A stretch of DNA of 64,000 nt from an uncultured Pelagibacteraceae bacterium (GTDB taxonomy: Bacteria; Pseudomonadota; Alphaproteobacteria; Pelagibacterales; Pelagibacteraceae). The stretch covers positions 8,718-72,717 of the forward strand of contig CACLDE010000004.1 of the NCBI GenBank assembly GCA_902605645.1, read 5' to 3'. Positions 1-14,385 of the stretch are shown here, one piece after another. Under the pieces are notes generated by a model, which ran no database searches, was not told the DNA's origin, and was given only the letters and a program-made list of their open reading frames with translations. The translations under genes and the position numbers were made by a program. The first letter of the stretch is position 1; each line of letters opens with the position of its first letter.

Positions 1-447
1 AGAATAGCAGGGTTATTTTCTGGAAGAGGTTACAATATTGAGTCTCTAGCTGTTGCTGAAGTAGATAAAAAGAAACACATATCAAGAATTACTATTGTAA
101 CAGAGGGAACCCCGCAAGTTATTGAACAAATAAATTTACAATTAAAGAAGTTAGTCCCAGTTCATAAAGTAGCAGATTTTAAACGCACAGATAAAGATAT
201 TTTGTTTAGAGAGTTAGCGCTTTTTAAGATGCTTGCAAATTCAAAAAAACAAGAGAAAATTAAAAAGATTTGTAAAAAATTTAATCCTGTTGTTTTAGAT
301 AAGTCAAAAAAATCATTTGTTATACAAGTAACAGCACTTAGAGCAGATATTGATAAATTATCGCTTGATTTAAAAAGATATGGCCTTATAAGCACTTCTA
401 GAACTGGTGCAGTTGCAATGACTAAAGGAGCTCAAATTTTTAGTTAA
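1..447 (+). CDS. ilvH: Acetolactate synthase small subunit (5'-truncated by window edge)
   Basis: Frame 1 is open from base 1 (RIAGLFSGRGYNIESLAVAE, ACT domain) to ...SRTGAVAMTKG, upstream of ilvC. The track ORF 202..447 is only its C-terminal half. Confidence 0.93.
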   Translation, partial: RIAGLFSGRGYNIESLAVAEVDKKKHISRITIVTEGTPQVIEQINLQLKKLVPVHKVADFKRTDKDILFRELALFKMLANSKKQEKIKKICKKFNPVVLDKSKKSFVIQVTALRADIDKLSLDLKRYGLISTSRTGAVAMTKGAQIFS

Positions 448-455
448 CAAAATAA

Positions 456-1469
<1,014 letters not shown>

Positions 1470-1551
1470 CCCAATCTGACCAAAAATTGATATTAATTTT
1501 ATTATAAGTATTTGCATATTCTCGTTTTGCTTGTAATATACTTTTCAGTTT

Positions 1552-4168
<2,617 letters not shown>

Positions 4169-4183
4169 TGGACAAAGAAAAGA

Positions 4184-5035
4184 ATGTCCTCAAGCAGAGA
4201 TGATTTTGGAATAGCTATAAGATCAGCTCTTTTACAAAAAGGAGCTAGACAAAAATTTTCTTTAGTTTTCCTATTAATTATATCAATAATAATATTTCTT
4301 TTAGACACTTATCAGTTCAAATTTATTAAGTTAACAAAAATTTTAATAAACGATAGTATTTACAGGGCTACAAATATCGCTACCGCACCTTTTAAAATGT
4401 TACCAAAACTTAATGAAAAAATTAAAGAAACTGTATTTGCAATTGAGGAAAATAAAGACTTAAAAGCTGAGCTTAAAAACTTTAGAAATAAAGAATTTCA
4501 AGTCGAATTTCTCAAAAATCAGAATGACAGTTTAAGAAAAATACTAGAGTCAGATGTAAAAATTAGAGGAAAAAGTATTTTAGCGAAAGTTCTTCTAGAT
4601 AAAGACAGTCCTTATCTTAAATCAATTGTAATAAATAGAGGATCTAAGTCTGGTATAAATAAAGGTATGCCAGTTGTAGACGGAAATTATTTAATAGGTA
4701 AAATAGTTGAAGTAAACTATTTGTCTTCAAGAGTTCTTTTACTAAATGATCTTAATAGTAGAATTCCTATTACTTTTGGAAAAGAGCCAATTCAAGCCAT
4801 TTTATCAGGCAAAGGTGAAAACAAACCAGTATTAGAATATTTACCGGAATTATATGAGCCTTATGGAAATCAAACAGTTTTTACATCAGGAAAGGATGGA
4901 TTATTACTTCCGGGAATTCCAGTAGGAAAAACTGAAATGGATGAATTAAATGTTAAGGTAAAGCTATTTTCAGATCCCAATCAACTATCTTTCGTTACAG
5001 TTCAATTAATAAATACGAACAAGGATAAATTTTAA
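4184..5035 (+). CDS. mreC: Rod shape-determining protein MreC
   Basis: N-terminal TM, coiled coil, INRGSKSGI..GMPV and TSGKDG..PGIPVG; operon position. Confidence 0.93.
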   Translation: MSSSRDDFGIAIRSALLQKGARQKFSLVFLLIISIIIFLLDTYQFKFIKLTKILINDSIYRATNIATAPFKMLPKLNEKIKETVFAIEENKDLKAELKNFRNKEFQVEFLKNQNDSLRKILESDVKIRGKSILAKVLLDKDSPYLKSIVINRGSKSGINKGMPVVDGNYLIGKIVEVNYLSSRVLLLNDLNSRIPITFGKEPIQAILSGKGENKPVLEYLPELYEPYGNQTVFTSGKDGLLLPGIPVGKTEMDELNVKVKLFSDPNQLSFVTVQLINTNKDKF

Positions 5036-5553
5036 TGGCAATTTTGTACAAAAATCTAAGAGCTAGTATTGTTAATTCTTTGCCTTTAATCATTTTATAT
5101 TACTTATCAATTAGTGAGATCGATACTCATTTTAGTAATATGTTTGCGATTTTATCATTTAATCTACAAATTATTATTATTTATTATTGGATGCTTAAAA
5201 ACTCAAGTGTTTTGGGAAATGGTCATATATTTTTTGCTGGTGTTATCAATGACGTTGTAATGGGATTGCCATTAGGCATAAGTTCAATATCTTATTTAAC
5301 TGTCTCATTTGTTGCGTCTTACATTCGTCAAGTTACTGTAAACATGTCTTTATTTACTGATTGGTTCACTTTTCTTTTAGCAATCTTTTTCTCAAATTTA
5401 GTGTATCTAGTTTTAATTTTAAATTTTTCAGATTTACAAATTTCTTATGTAGATATGTCTTATAATGCATTTTTTACTTTTTTATTTTATCCATTTATTT
5501 GGACAATTTTTAATTTTTATCAAAAAATAATGCTTTTGAGGGTTGATGATTAA
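5035..5553 (+). CDS. mreD: Rod shape-determining membrane protein MreD
   Basis: Hydrophobic 172 aa, GVINDVVMGLPLG motif, between mreC and mrdA. Confidence 0.85.
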   Translation: MAILYKNLRASIVNSLPLIILYYLSISEIDTHFSNMFAILSFNLQIIIIYYWMLKNSSVLGNGHIFFAGVINDVVMGLPLGISSISYLTVSFVASYIRQVTVNMSLFTDWFTFLLAIFFSNLVYLVLILNFSDLQISYVDMSYNAFFTFLFYPFIWTIFNFYQKIMLLRVDD

Positions 5554-7478
5554 TTTTGGATCAGGAAACACTGTTATAAAGTCTAAGTTAATAAGCAGAA
5601 GAATGTTTGTTTTAAGTGCTGCCAAAACAATAGTTTTTTGTGGTATATTTGGAAGATTGGTCTCTTTACAAATAAACGAAGCAACCAAGTACAAAACTTT
5701 ATCAGACAAAAACCGCTTCCGAGAATGGAAATTAGCTCCTCAAAGAGGAATAATCAAAGATTACTTCGATAAAGAAATTGCATCGAATGAAAAGGTTTAC
5801 CAATTACATATAACTCCTGAGAATTCACCAAATTTAGAAACTCTTTTTTTTAGACTCAAAACAATACTAAATCTATCTGACAAGAGAATATTTTATTTAA
5901 AAAGAAAAATTGCCAAGCAGAAACCATGGGAACCAATAATAGTTTCAGACAACCTGACCTGGTCAGAATTTTCCAGAATAAATCTATTTTTACATGAGTT
6001 GCCTGGAGTTGAACCTATTGTTTCCGTTGCTAGACAATATCCTGATCAATCCACAGCTCATTTAGTTGGTTATGTTTCTCAGGTTAGCCAAAAAGATTTA
6101 CAAAAAAAACAGTACTTAAAAGATATGTCAGTCGGTATAGCCGTTGGAAAAACTGGCTTAGAAAATAAACTAGATAAAGACATTATAGGTAAAGTTGGAT
6201 TTCAACGTTACGAGGTAAATGCTTTTGGAAAAAGAATAAAGCAAATTCAAGTCGATCCAGGCGAGTCAGGAAAAGATTACAGAACTACATTAGATCTCGA
6301 GGTGCAAAAATATACCTCTAAGGTTTTAGAAGATAAAGCAGCATCCGTATGCGTAATGGATATTTATAATGGCGATATTATTACAATTGCTTCATCACCA
6401 AGTTATGACCCAAACTCTTTTGTTCATGGAATAGATAAAAAATATTGGAATGAATTAATTTCAAACGAAAAAAAACCTCTAAACAATAAAGCTATAGCAG
6501 GATTGTATCCACCAGGCTCAACTATTAAAATCATTGTTGCTCTTAGTGCTTTAGAAAACGATATATGGAATCCAAAAAAATATGTGAATTGTAGTGGTGT
6601 AACAGAATTATATGGTGAAAAGTTTCACTGCTGGAAAAAAAAAGGTCACGGTCCTATGAATATGAGATCAGCAATACAAAGATCTTGTGATGTTTATTTT
6701 TATGAAGTAGCAAGACTACTTGGTGTAGACCGGTTATCTGAGACAGCAAAAAAATTTGGTTTAGGAAAAAAAGTTCTTGATGGGTTCATTGAGGAGAGAG
6801 CCGGAGTAGTTCCTAGCACTACATGGAAGAGAAAGTTTATTGGAAAAAATTGGTACCTTGGAGAAACCTTGCACTCTGGAATTGGTCAAGGATATTTTCA
6901 AAGTACGCCTTTACAGTTATGTTTAATGACTGCACAAATTGCTAATGGTGGATTTGAAATTAAACCTAGAATTCTTGTAAATGATAAAAAAAATAATTTA
7001 CGAGAATATATTAAATATAAAAACGAAAATCCTAATGAGCCTTTACCAATTGATATGTTAGTTTCAAATTTTGATCTTAATCCATTATTTAGAAACCAAG
7101 AAAATATAAATTTTATCAAAGATGCGATGTTTGCTGCTACCAATGAAGCTGGTGGAACTTCATTTAGATCTAGATATAATGATCAAAAGTTTATGTTTGC
7201 AGGAAAAACTGGTTCCTCTCAAATAAAAAGATTTACAGCTTTACAAAGGGAACTAGAGATAAAACAGAAAGATATTGAGTATAAAGATCGTGATCATGCT
7301 TTATTCGTTGCGTTTGCACCATATAAAGATCCTAAATACGCTATTAGTGTTGTTGTAGAACATGGTGGAACAGGAAGTGGTTCAGCCGCGCCTATTGCAA
7401 AAAAAAATAATTAAAAAAGTTCTTGAGAGAGATCAATTGAGAGAAAATGTTAAAAATTTAACTGGAGAAGAAATATAA
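5546..7478 (+). CDS. mrdA: Penicillin-binding protein 2; apparent +1 frameshift in the A9 run 7399-7407 near the C-terminus
   Basis: SxxK (PGSTIK), SxD (SCDVYFY) and KTG motifs. Removing one A gives ...APIAKKIIKKVLER...EEI*, ending at 7478 and overlapping the rodA ATG. Confidence 0.93.
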
Positions 7479-8602
7479 TGTTTCAACCAAGATCAATACA
7501 ATCATCTATGACATTAAAAGATAAGATTATGTCTATGGATTATGTTTTAGTTTTATCAATATTTATACTAGGTATAATAAGTATGTTTGCCATGTATTCT
7601 ACAGATGGAGGTAAATTTGATTACCATACTAAAAGTCACATATTGAGATTTGGAGTCTTTTTTTTAATGTTTTTAATAGTTTCCTTATTTCAAATAAGAT
7701 TTTGGTATCAAACTAGCACACTTTTATATCTTGGATTTTTTGTTTTACTTTTAGGGGTAAAATATTTTGGCCTTACTTCATCTGGCTCTCAAAGATGGCT
7801 TAATTTCTACTTTATGAATCTTCAACCATCAGAACTAATGAAAATTGGTTTAATCTTATTTTTAGCAAAATATTATCATCGAATTTCTTCTCAAGACGTT
7901 AACAAAATAAAATTTTTATTCCTTCCAATAGTTGCATTAGTTGCGCCAGTTTTATTAGTTGTAGCCCAACCAGATTTAGGAACTTCAATTCTTATAGCGC
8001 TTGGGGGCGTGACCGTTTCGTGGTTGGCGGGAGTACGTGTGAAATTTTTTGCTTATGCTTCAATATTATTTATATCATTAACTCCCATAGCTATTGCATT
8101 TTTAAAACCTTATCAAAAATCAAGAATTTTAACTTTTTTAAACCCCGATAGAGATCCATTAGGTGCAGGATATCAAATAATACAATCAAAAATAGCAATT
8201 GGATCAGGGGGTCTTTTTGGAAAGGGTTTTTTAAACGGATCTCAAAGTTATTTAGATTATCTTCCAGAAAAACACACGGATTTTATATTTACATTATTTT
8301 CAGAAGAGTTTGGTTTTGTTGGCTCTTTATTCATATTGATACTTTATAGCATAATAATAATGAGATTAATTAACATTGGAGATCTGACTAGAAGTAGCTT
8401 TGGAAAGTTATATTGTTACAGTTTTGCTACTGCTTTCTTCATATATGTTGCTGTAAATATGGGGATGGTATTAGGACTTTTACCAATAGTAGGTGCTCCG
8501 TTACCAATTATGTCCTATGGAGGGTCCTCAATGATGGCGATTATGTTAGGTCTTGGCATTGCCATGTCTTGTAAAATCTACAAAGACATCCCTGTAAATT
8601 AA
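7478..8602 (+). CDS. rodA: Rod shape-determining SEDS glycosyltransferase RodA
   Basis: QPSELMK, QPDLGT, YLPEKHTDFIF and SYGGSS motifs. Confidence 0.97.
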   Translation: MFQPRSIQSSMTLKDKIMSMDYVLVLSIFILGIISMFAMYSTDGGKFDYHTKSHILRFGVFFLMFLIVSLFQIRFWYQTSTLLYLGFFVLLLGVKYFGLTSSGSQRWLNFYFMNLQPSELMKIGLILFLAKYYHRISSQDVNKIKFLFLPIVALVAPVLLVVAQPDLGTSILIALGGVTVSWLAGVRVKFFAYASILFISLTPIAIAFLKPYQKSRILTFLNPDRDPLGAGYQIIQSKIAIGSGGLFGKGFLNGSQSYLDYLPEKHTDFIFTLFSEEFGFVGSLFILILYSIIIMRLINIGDLTRSSFGKLYCYSFATAFFIYVAVNMGMVLGLLPIVGAPLPIMSYGGSSMMAIMLGLGIAMSCKIYKDIPVN

Positions 8603-8697
8603 ATTATAAATAAGCATTATTGGACCAAAATGAACCCAATATAAAAAAATTAATACTTGCTTTAAAATGGTTTAGATGGTCTAATTTAATTATAATT

Positions 8698-9153
8698 ATG
8701 TTTGGTGATAAAAAATCGTTAAAAGACTCTGAAAGATCTTTAATAAGTGAAACAGTAAGTATTGATGGTACTGTTAATAGTTCAGGTGCAATAGATGTTG
8801 CTGGTTTAGTTAAAGGTCCAGTCTATTCAAAAGAGATAGTGATCAAAGAAACAGGATCAATTTCAGGAGGAGTAGAAGCTGAGACAGTAGAAATTCATGG
8901 TCATCTTGACGGAAAAGTTTCAGCAGATAATGTTGTAATAGGTTCATCTGGAGTGGTTAAGGGAGATATAGAGTTTTCAAACAACTTAAGGACTGAAAAC
9001 GGCGCAGATATCGAGGGTTATATTAAAAAGACTGCCGCAAAAAGTAAAATCACTGGAGATTTCCTATTTTCTAAATCCAAAGAAGAAAAGAAAAAAAAGA
9101 AAAATGGCAAACCCGAGTCAGTTGTAAATAAAGATAGCGAAGCTCTAGTCTAA
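8698..9153 (+). CDS. Bactofilin / polymer-forming cytoskeletal protein (DUF583)
   Basis: SLISETVSIDGTV...GSISGGVEAETVEIHGHLDGKV..GVVKGDI..ENGADIEG beta-helix repeats. ATG 8698 preferred over TTG 8620. Confidence 0.85.
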   Translation: MFGDKKSLKDSERSLISETVSIDGTVNSSGAIDVAGLVKGPVYSKEIVIKETGSISGGVEAETVEIHGHLDGKVSADNVVIGSSGVVKGDIEFSNNLRTENGADIEGYIKKTAAKSKITGDFLFSKSKEEKKKKKNGKPESVVNKDSEALV

Positions 9154-9198
9154 TCTAACGCACTATAAAAAAATTAAATTTTAATCTATATTTGTCTA

Positions 9199-10446
9199 AT
9201 GAGTAATTATAAATGTAACTCAGTAGGTATTATTGGAGCTGGTATTCAAGGTGTTTGTATTGGCCTGCAACTTGTTAAAAAAGGAATTCCAGTTACAATT
9301 TTTGACAGAAACGATCCTGGTAGTATGAGTTCTTATGGCAATGCAGGACATTTCTCTCCTTACGCAGTTGTTCAATTAAACAGACCAGATGTAATCAACG
9401 ATATACCTAAAATGTTACTTGGCTCTTATGGACCATTAGCATTAAAGTGGAATTATATTCCGAAAATGATCCCTTGGATTTTAAGATATTTAAAATCATC
9501 AACAAAAAAATCAATGATGCACACTACAAAATATATGCATCAAATTTTAGATTTATCACTTGATGCTTATGATGAAATTTTAAGTGAGATCGACACAACT
9601 AACTTAGTTGAAAGAAAGGGGATAATTTATATTTGGACAAATAAAAATATCAAAAGTAGAAAGATGGAGATCAAAATAAGAAAAGATCTAGGTATTAAGC
9701 AAAGGCTTTTAAACAAAGAAGAAGTTTTAGAGTTAGAACCAAATCTCAGCCCTGTTTTTGATGCTGGTGTTATATATGACTACGCATACCATGCCAGAGA
9801 TCCAAAAGGCATAACAAAAAAACTTTTTGAACTTTTTTTAAAATTAGGGGGAAAATTTAAAAAAGAAGAAGTTATAAATGTAGAACAGACAAGGTATAAT
9901 CAGACCCAAATTAAAACAAATTCAGAAAAATTTCATTTTGAAAAAATTGTTTTAGCTTGTGGCGCATTCTCTAAAAAATTAACCGATCAATTAGGTGAAA
10001 AAATTCCTCTAGATACTGAAAGAGGATATCACGTGCATTATAAAAAGATGGATCATCTTATAAAAAGACCAGTAATTTTTCTTGATAAGGGGTTCGGTAT
10101 GACTCCAATGAATCAAGGTTTAAGAGCAGTAGGTACTGTTGAGCTGGGTGGATTTGATAATCCAATATCAAAAAAAAGAATTGATTACATAGATAAGTGT
10201 GCAAAAGAATTATTACCACAACTTGGAGATTTTCAGGATGAGTGGCTAGGTTTTAGACCAACGCTTCCAGATTTCTTGCCGGTTATTGGACCTTCATTAA
10301 AAAATAGAAATATTATCTACGCTTTTGGACACCATCATTTAGGCTGGACTCTAGGGGCAATAACTGGAAAGATTGTCTCTGGGATAGTTAATGAGGAGAA
10401 AACTAATTTAAATTTATCACCTTATAGTTCCGCACGATTTAACTAA
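9199..10446 (+). CDS. FAD-dependent D-amino acid dehydrogenase-like oxidoreductase (DAO family)
   Basis: GAGIQG, SYGNAG, ERGYH, WLGFRPTLPD and FGHHHLGWTLGAITG motifs. Confidence 0.85.
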   Translation: MSNYKCNSVGIIGAGIQGVCIGLQLVKKGIPVTIFDRNDPGSMSSYGNAGHFSPYAVVQLNRPDVINDIPKMLLGSYGPLALKWNYIPKMIPWILRYLKSSTKKSMMHTTKYMHQILDLSLDAYDEILSEIDTTNLVERKGIIYIWTNKNIKSRKMEIKIRKDLGIKQRLLNKEEVLELEPNLSPVFDAGVIYDYAYHARDPKGITKKLFELFLKLGGKFKKEEVINVEQTRYNQTQIKTNSEKFHFEKIVLACGAFSKKLTDQLGEKIPLDTERGYHVHYKKMDHLIKRPVIFLDKGFGMTPMNQGLRAVGTVELGGFDNPISKKRIDYIDKCAKELLPQLGDFQDEWLGFRPTLPDFLPVIGPSLKNRNIIYAFGHHHLGWTLGAITGKIVSGIVNEEKTNLNLSPYSSARFN

Positions 10447-10454
10447 GGATTTAT

Positions 10455-11348
10455 TTGTCGAAAAATTATTTAGCCTATAGCTTATTAGTATTTGCAGCTT
10501 TTTGTTGGTCAGGAAATTTTATAGTAGGTAAATATGCTTATTTATTCGAAGTACCCCCATTAACTTTAAACTTTTTAAGGTGGACTTCAGTTTGGTTTAT
10601 TTTAATTCCTTTCACTTACAAAGAAATTTACAAAAACATAAATTATATAAAAAAAAACTGGATTGTTATAAGCTTCATGGGAATAATAACAATAAGCACA
10701 TTTAACTCTGTAGTCTATTTAGCTTTAACTTATACCCAAGTAATAAACGCTGTTTTAGTTCTCGCCGCTATACCAGCAGTAACAATAATTATTTCATCAT
10801 TGATGAAGGTAGATAAGACAAACATTTTTCAATTAGTTGGATTATTTCTATCAGTTATAGGGATTGGTGCAATTATCTCAAATGCAGACCTAAATAAAAT
10901 TTTTTCTTTAAATTTTAATAAAGGTGATCTTTGGATGTTGGTTTGCGTTCTTTCTTGGTCACTTTATTCAACATTACTTAAAAAACATGATTTTAAATTT
11001 TCACAATTTACATTAATACAATTAATGGTTTCAGTTGGAATAATATTTTTAATTCCACAATTTTTTTATGAAAAATCAATTGACCTGGAGGTTAATTTTA
11101 ACAAAGCATTTTTTGCAATTCTGTTCTATGTTGTAATTTTTCCTGCTTTAGCAGCTTATTATTGCTGGCAAAAAGGAGTAGAAATAGTAGGACCAAATCG
11201 AGCTACTATGTTTATTCAATTGATGCCACTACTGAGTGCTATGTTAGCTATAATAATATTTAGAGAAAAATTAGAATTATACCACTTTATAGGAGCCTCT
11301 TTTATTCTAGTAGGTATTTATTTATCAAATAGGAAAATAAATGCTTAA
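10455..11348 (+). CDS. DMT/EamA family transporter
   Basis: About 10 TM segments, WSGNFIVGK motif, TTG start. Confidence 0.85.
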   Translation: MSKNYLAYSLLVFAAFCWSGNFIVGKYAYLFEVPPLTLNFLRWTSVWFILIPFTYKEIYKNINYIKKNWIVISFMGIITISTFNSVVYLALTYTQVINAVLVLAAIPAVTIIISSLMKVDKTNIFQLVGLFLSVIGIGAIISNADLNKIFSLNFNKGDLWMLVCVLSWSLYSTLLKKHDFKFSQFTLIQLMVSVGIIFLIPQFFYEKSIDLEVNFNKAFFAILFYVVIFPALAAYYCWQKGVEIVGPNRATMFIQLMPLLSAMLAIIIFREKLELYHFIGASFILVGIYLSNRKINA

Positions 11349-12291
11349 GGTAGCAGTTTTAGATGATTATCAAAATGTTTTCAGTCAGATAATAAATATA
11401 GATGAATATAAATCAAAATATGAATTTATAGTTTTTAATCAACCGTTTCAAAGTGAAGTAGAGACAATAGAGGCTTTAAAAAAATTTGAAGTTTTATTCA
11501 TTATGAGAGAAAGAACAAAAATTACGAAATCTTTAATTGAAAATTTGCCAAAATTAAAATTTATTATGACATCTGGAATGAGAAATAAAGCAATCGATCT
11601 CGATGCTGCAAAAAAAAATGAAATATTAGTTTGTGGTACAGATATTAACTCAAATCCTGCTGCTGAAGTTACATGGGCCTTAATACTTGGGTTACTTAGA
11701 AACGTAAAACAGGAAGTTGATAATATGTTTCAAGGATATTGGCAAACAACTATTGGATATGAGTTAAAGGGAAAAAGATTGGGAATAATTGGTTTAGGCA
11801 AAATTGGAAGCCAAGTTGCCAAAGTTGGCCAAGCTTTTGAAATGGATGTTTCCGCGTGGAGTGAAAATCTAAATTTATCTGAAGCCAATAAATTAAATGT
11901 TTTACCAATGAGCAAAGATGATTTAATTAAAACTTCGGATATTTTATCTATTCATGTTGTTTTAGGTGATAGATATAAAAATTTAATTTGTAGAAAAGAA
12001 CTTAAAGAAATGAAAAAGACCTCTTTTTTAATAAACACTTCAAGAGGAGAAATAATAAATGAAAAGGATTTAATAGAAGCTTTAGAAAACGACGAAATAG
12101 CTGGCGCAGGTTTAGATGTTTATCAACAAGAACCTTTGCCTCAAGACCATAAACTGAGATTTTTACCTAACGCTTTTTTATTGCCGCACTTGGGATATGT
12201 TACTGTGGAAAATTACTCAAAGTTCTACTTTCAGATGATTGAAAACCTGAACTCATGTATGAATAATAAACCGATTCGAGTAATTAAGTAA
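11341..12291 (+). CDS. D-2-hydroxyacid dehydrogenase family protein
   Basis: VLDDYQ, MRERT, GLGKIG, INTSRG and LPHLGY motifs. Confidence 0.9.
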   Translation: MLKVAVLDDYQNVFSQIINIDEYKSKYEFIVFNQPFQSEVETIEALKKFEVLFIMRERTKITKSLIENLPKLKFIMTSGMRNKAIDLDAAKKNEILVCGTDINSNPAAEVTWALILGLLRNVKQEVDNMFQGYWQTTIGYELKGKRLGIIGLGKIGSQVAKVGQAFEMDVSAWSENLNLSEANKLNVLPMSKDDLIKTSDILSIHVVLGDRYKNLICRKELKEMKKTSFLINTSRGEIINEKDLIEALENDEIAGAGLDVYQQEPLPQDHKLRFLPNAFLLPHLGYVTVENYSKFYFQMIENLNSCMNNKPIRVIK

Positions 12292-12399
12292 ATATTTATT
12301 ACAATTTGTAGTTGTTTTTGATAAGCTCAATGTGAGCAAATAAAAGTTTTTATGTTAATGAAATAACGTATAAGCATTATTTTAAAAAGAGAGGGAAAA

Positions 12400-12741
12400 T
12401 TGAGGAAAGTTTTAATTAGTTTAATGTTAACTATGTTTCTCACTAGCTGTGCAGAGACTATGGCCTTTCTTGGTCCAGCATCTACAGCAGCTGGCGGAGG
12501 TAACATTATGAGATCCTCTTTAACATCAGCAGTAGACTACGGTATAAAAAAATCTACAGGAAAATCAAGTTTAGAGCATGCCATAAGCTTAGCTGAAAAG
12601 CACAACCCAGGCAGGGAAAAAGTAAAATGTGTTAATTTTCTTGAGGTTACAGAAACGGAAGTTTGCTCAATTCTCAAAAAAAGAGTTTCTGAATTAAAAA
12701 GCCAAATAAACAAATCTTCAAAAATCAAGATCTTAGATTAA
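12400..12741 (+). CDS. Hypothetical lipoprotein
   Basis: GAGGG SD before TTG; signal peptide with lipobox LTSC. Confidence 0.7.
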   Translation: MRKVLISLMLTMFLTSCAETMAFLGPASTAAGGGNIMRSSLTSAVDYGIKKSTGKSSLEHAISLAEKHNPGREKVKCVNFLEVTETEVCSILKKRVSELKSQINKSSKIKILD

Positions 12742-12780
12742 TTAACTAGCTGATATTAAATTTTTTTGATAACTTAAAGT

Positions 12781-14031
12781 GTGAAAAAAAAATATTCAAT
12801 TGCTAGCATAGTAAAAAACTCACTTTCAGATAATGAAAATTGGGGAAAAATGTGGAGAAATCCCAATCCTAAAAAGCATTATGATATTATTATAGTTGGA
12901 GGAGGCGGACATGGATTAGGAACTGCTTATTATCTAGCGAAGCATCATGGAATAAAAAACATCGCAGTGATAGAAAAGGGCTGGCTCGGCAGTGGTAATA
13001 CTGGAAGAAATACAACTATCATTAGATCTAATTATCTTTGGGATGAAAGCGCTTACCTTTATGATCACGCAGTCAAGTTATGGGAAAATTTATCTGAAGA
13101 CTTAAACTATAATATGATGTTTAGTCAAAGAGGAGTTTTAAATTTAGCGCATAATGAGCATGATATAAAAGAGATCAAAAGGCGGGTTTCCGCTAACAGA
13201 TTAAATGGATTAGACACTATGTGGCTAGATAAAAATGAAGTAAAAGATTTAGTTCCGATTATGAACACAGATAATCTACGATATCCTGTGCTTGGAGCTG
13301 CCTATCAACCTCGGGGAGGAGTAGCAAGACACGATGCTGTAGCTTGGGGATATGCGATGAGAGCTGACGAATTAGGAGTAGATATAATTCAAAATTGTGA
13401 AGTAAAAGGAATTAAGACTGACAATTATAAAGTTGAGGGTGTTGAAACAACAAAAGGTTTCATTAAATCAAGTAAGATTGGAGTTGTCGCCTCAGGTCAT
13501 ACAAGCGTTCTCGCAGCAACAGCTGGAGTAAGACTACCATTACAAAGTAGACCTTTGCAAGCTTTAGTGTCAGAACCAATTAAGCCGGTAATCAACACAG
13601 TTGTAATGTCAAATGCCGTTCATGCTTACGTAAGCCAATCTGATAAAGGAGAATTAGTTATTGGAGCAGGAACGGATGGATATAATTCATTCACTCAAAG
13701 AGGCGGATATGATGTGATTGAGGAAACTGTAAGAGCTATAGTTGAGCTTTACCCAATATTTGGAAAAATGAAAATGCTAAGACAATGGGGTGGTATAGTT
13801 GATATTTGTCCTGATGCAAGTCCAATAATTAGCAAGTGTGATGTTGAGGGTTTATATTTTAATTGCGGTTGGGGAACTGGAGGATTTAAAGCTACTCCAG
13901 GAAGTGCAAATGTATTTGCTCATACTATTGCTAAAGATGAACCACACAAAATTAATGCTCCTTTTGCCTTAAGCAGATTTTCTGACGGTAGGTTAATCGA
14001 TGAGCATGGTGCTGCAGCAGTAGCACATTAA
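12781..14031 (+). CDS. soxB: Sarcosine oxidase subunit beta
   Basis: [40 protein letters not shown] and [10 protein letters not shown] motifs. Confidence 0.95.
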   Translation: MKKKYSIASIVKNSLSDNENWGKMWRNPNPKKHYDIIIVGGGGHGLGTAYYLAKHHGIKNIAVIEKGWLGSGNTGRNTTIIRSNYLWDESAYLYDHAVKLWENLSEDLNYNMMFSQRGVLNLAHNEHDIKEIKRRVSANRLNGLDTMWLDKNEVKDLVPIMNTDNLRYPVLGAAYQPRGGVARHDAVAWGYAMRADELGVDIIQNCEVKGIKTDNYKVEGVETTKGFIKSSKIGVVASGHTSVLAATAGVRLPLQSRPLQALVSEPIKPVINTVVMSNAVHAYVSQSDKGELVIGAGTDGYNSFTQRGGYDVIEETVRAIVELYPIFGKMKMLRQWGGIVDICPDASPIISKCDVEGLYFNCGWGTGGFKATPGSANVFAHTIAKDEPHKINAPFALSRFSDGRLIDEHGAAAVAH

Positions 14032-14033
14032 TT

Positions 14034-14384
14034 ATGATTTTAATTAAATGCCCATATTGCGGAGAAAGAGATCAATCAGAGTTCGCTAACGGAGGCGAAG
14101 CCCACGTAGTTAGACCTCAAAATCCAGAAAATTTATCCGATAAAGATTGGGGGGAGTATGTTTTTTTCCGAAATAATCCAAAAGGTATTTTTTATGAGAG
14201 ATGGGTTCATTCTCATGGTTGTAAAAAATGGTTTAATGTAGTTCGAAATACTTCAACAGATCAAATATTAAAGGTATATAAAGTAAATGAAAAAAGGCCT
14301 GATTTAACTGAGTTTGAGAACACTTTAAGGTCTCCATCAGGAGAACCTTCGGTGGGTTCAGGAAATTTTGCAGTAAAGAAGTAA
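14034..14384 (+). CDS. soxD: Sarcosine oxidase subunit delta
   Basis: CPYCGER...GGEAH...WVHSHGC zinc motif. Confidence 0.95.
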   Translation: MILIKCPYCGERDQSEFANGGEAHVVRPQNPENLSDKDWGEYVFFRNNPKGIFYERWVHSHGCKKWFNVVRNTSTDQILKVYKVNEKRPDLTEFENTLRSPSGEPSVGSGNFAVKK

Positions 14385-14385
14385 A

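Noticed and set aside
12292-12399. Possible small RNA in the 108 nt spacer
   Set aside because: No convincing stem or terminator; consistent with a plain promoter region
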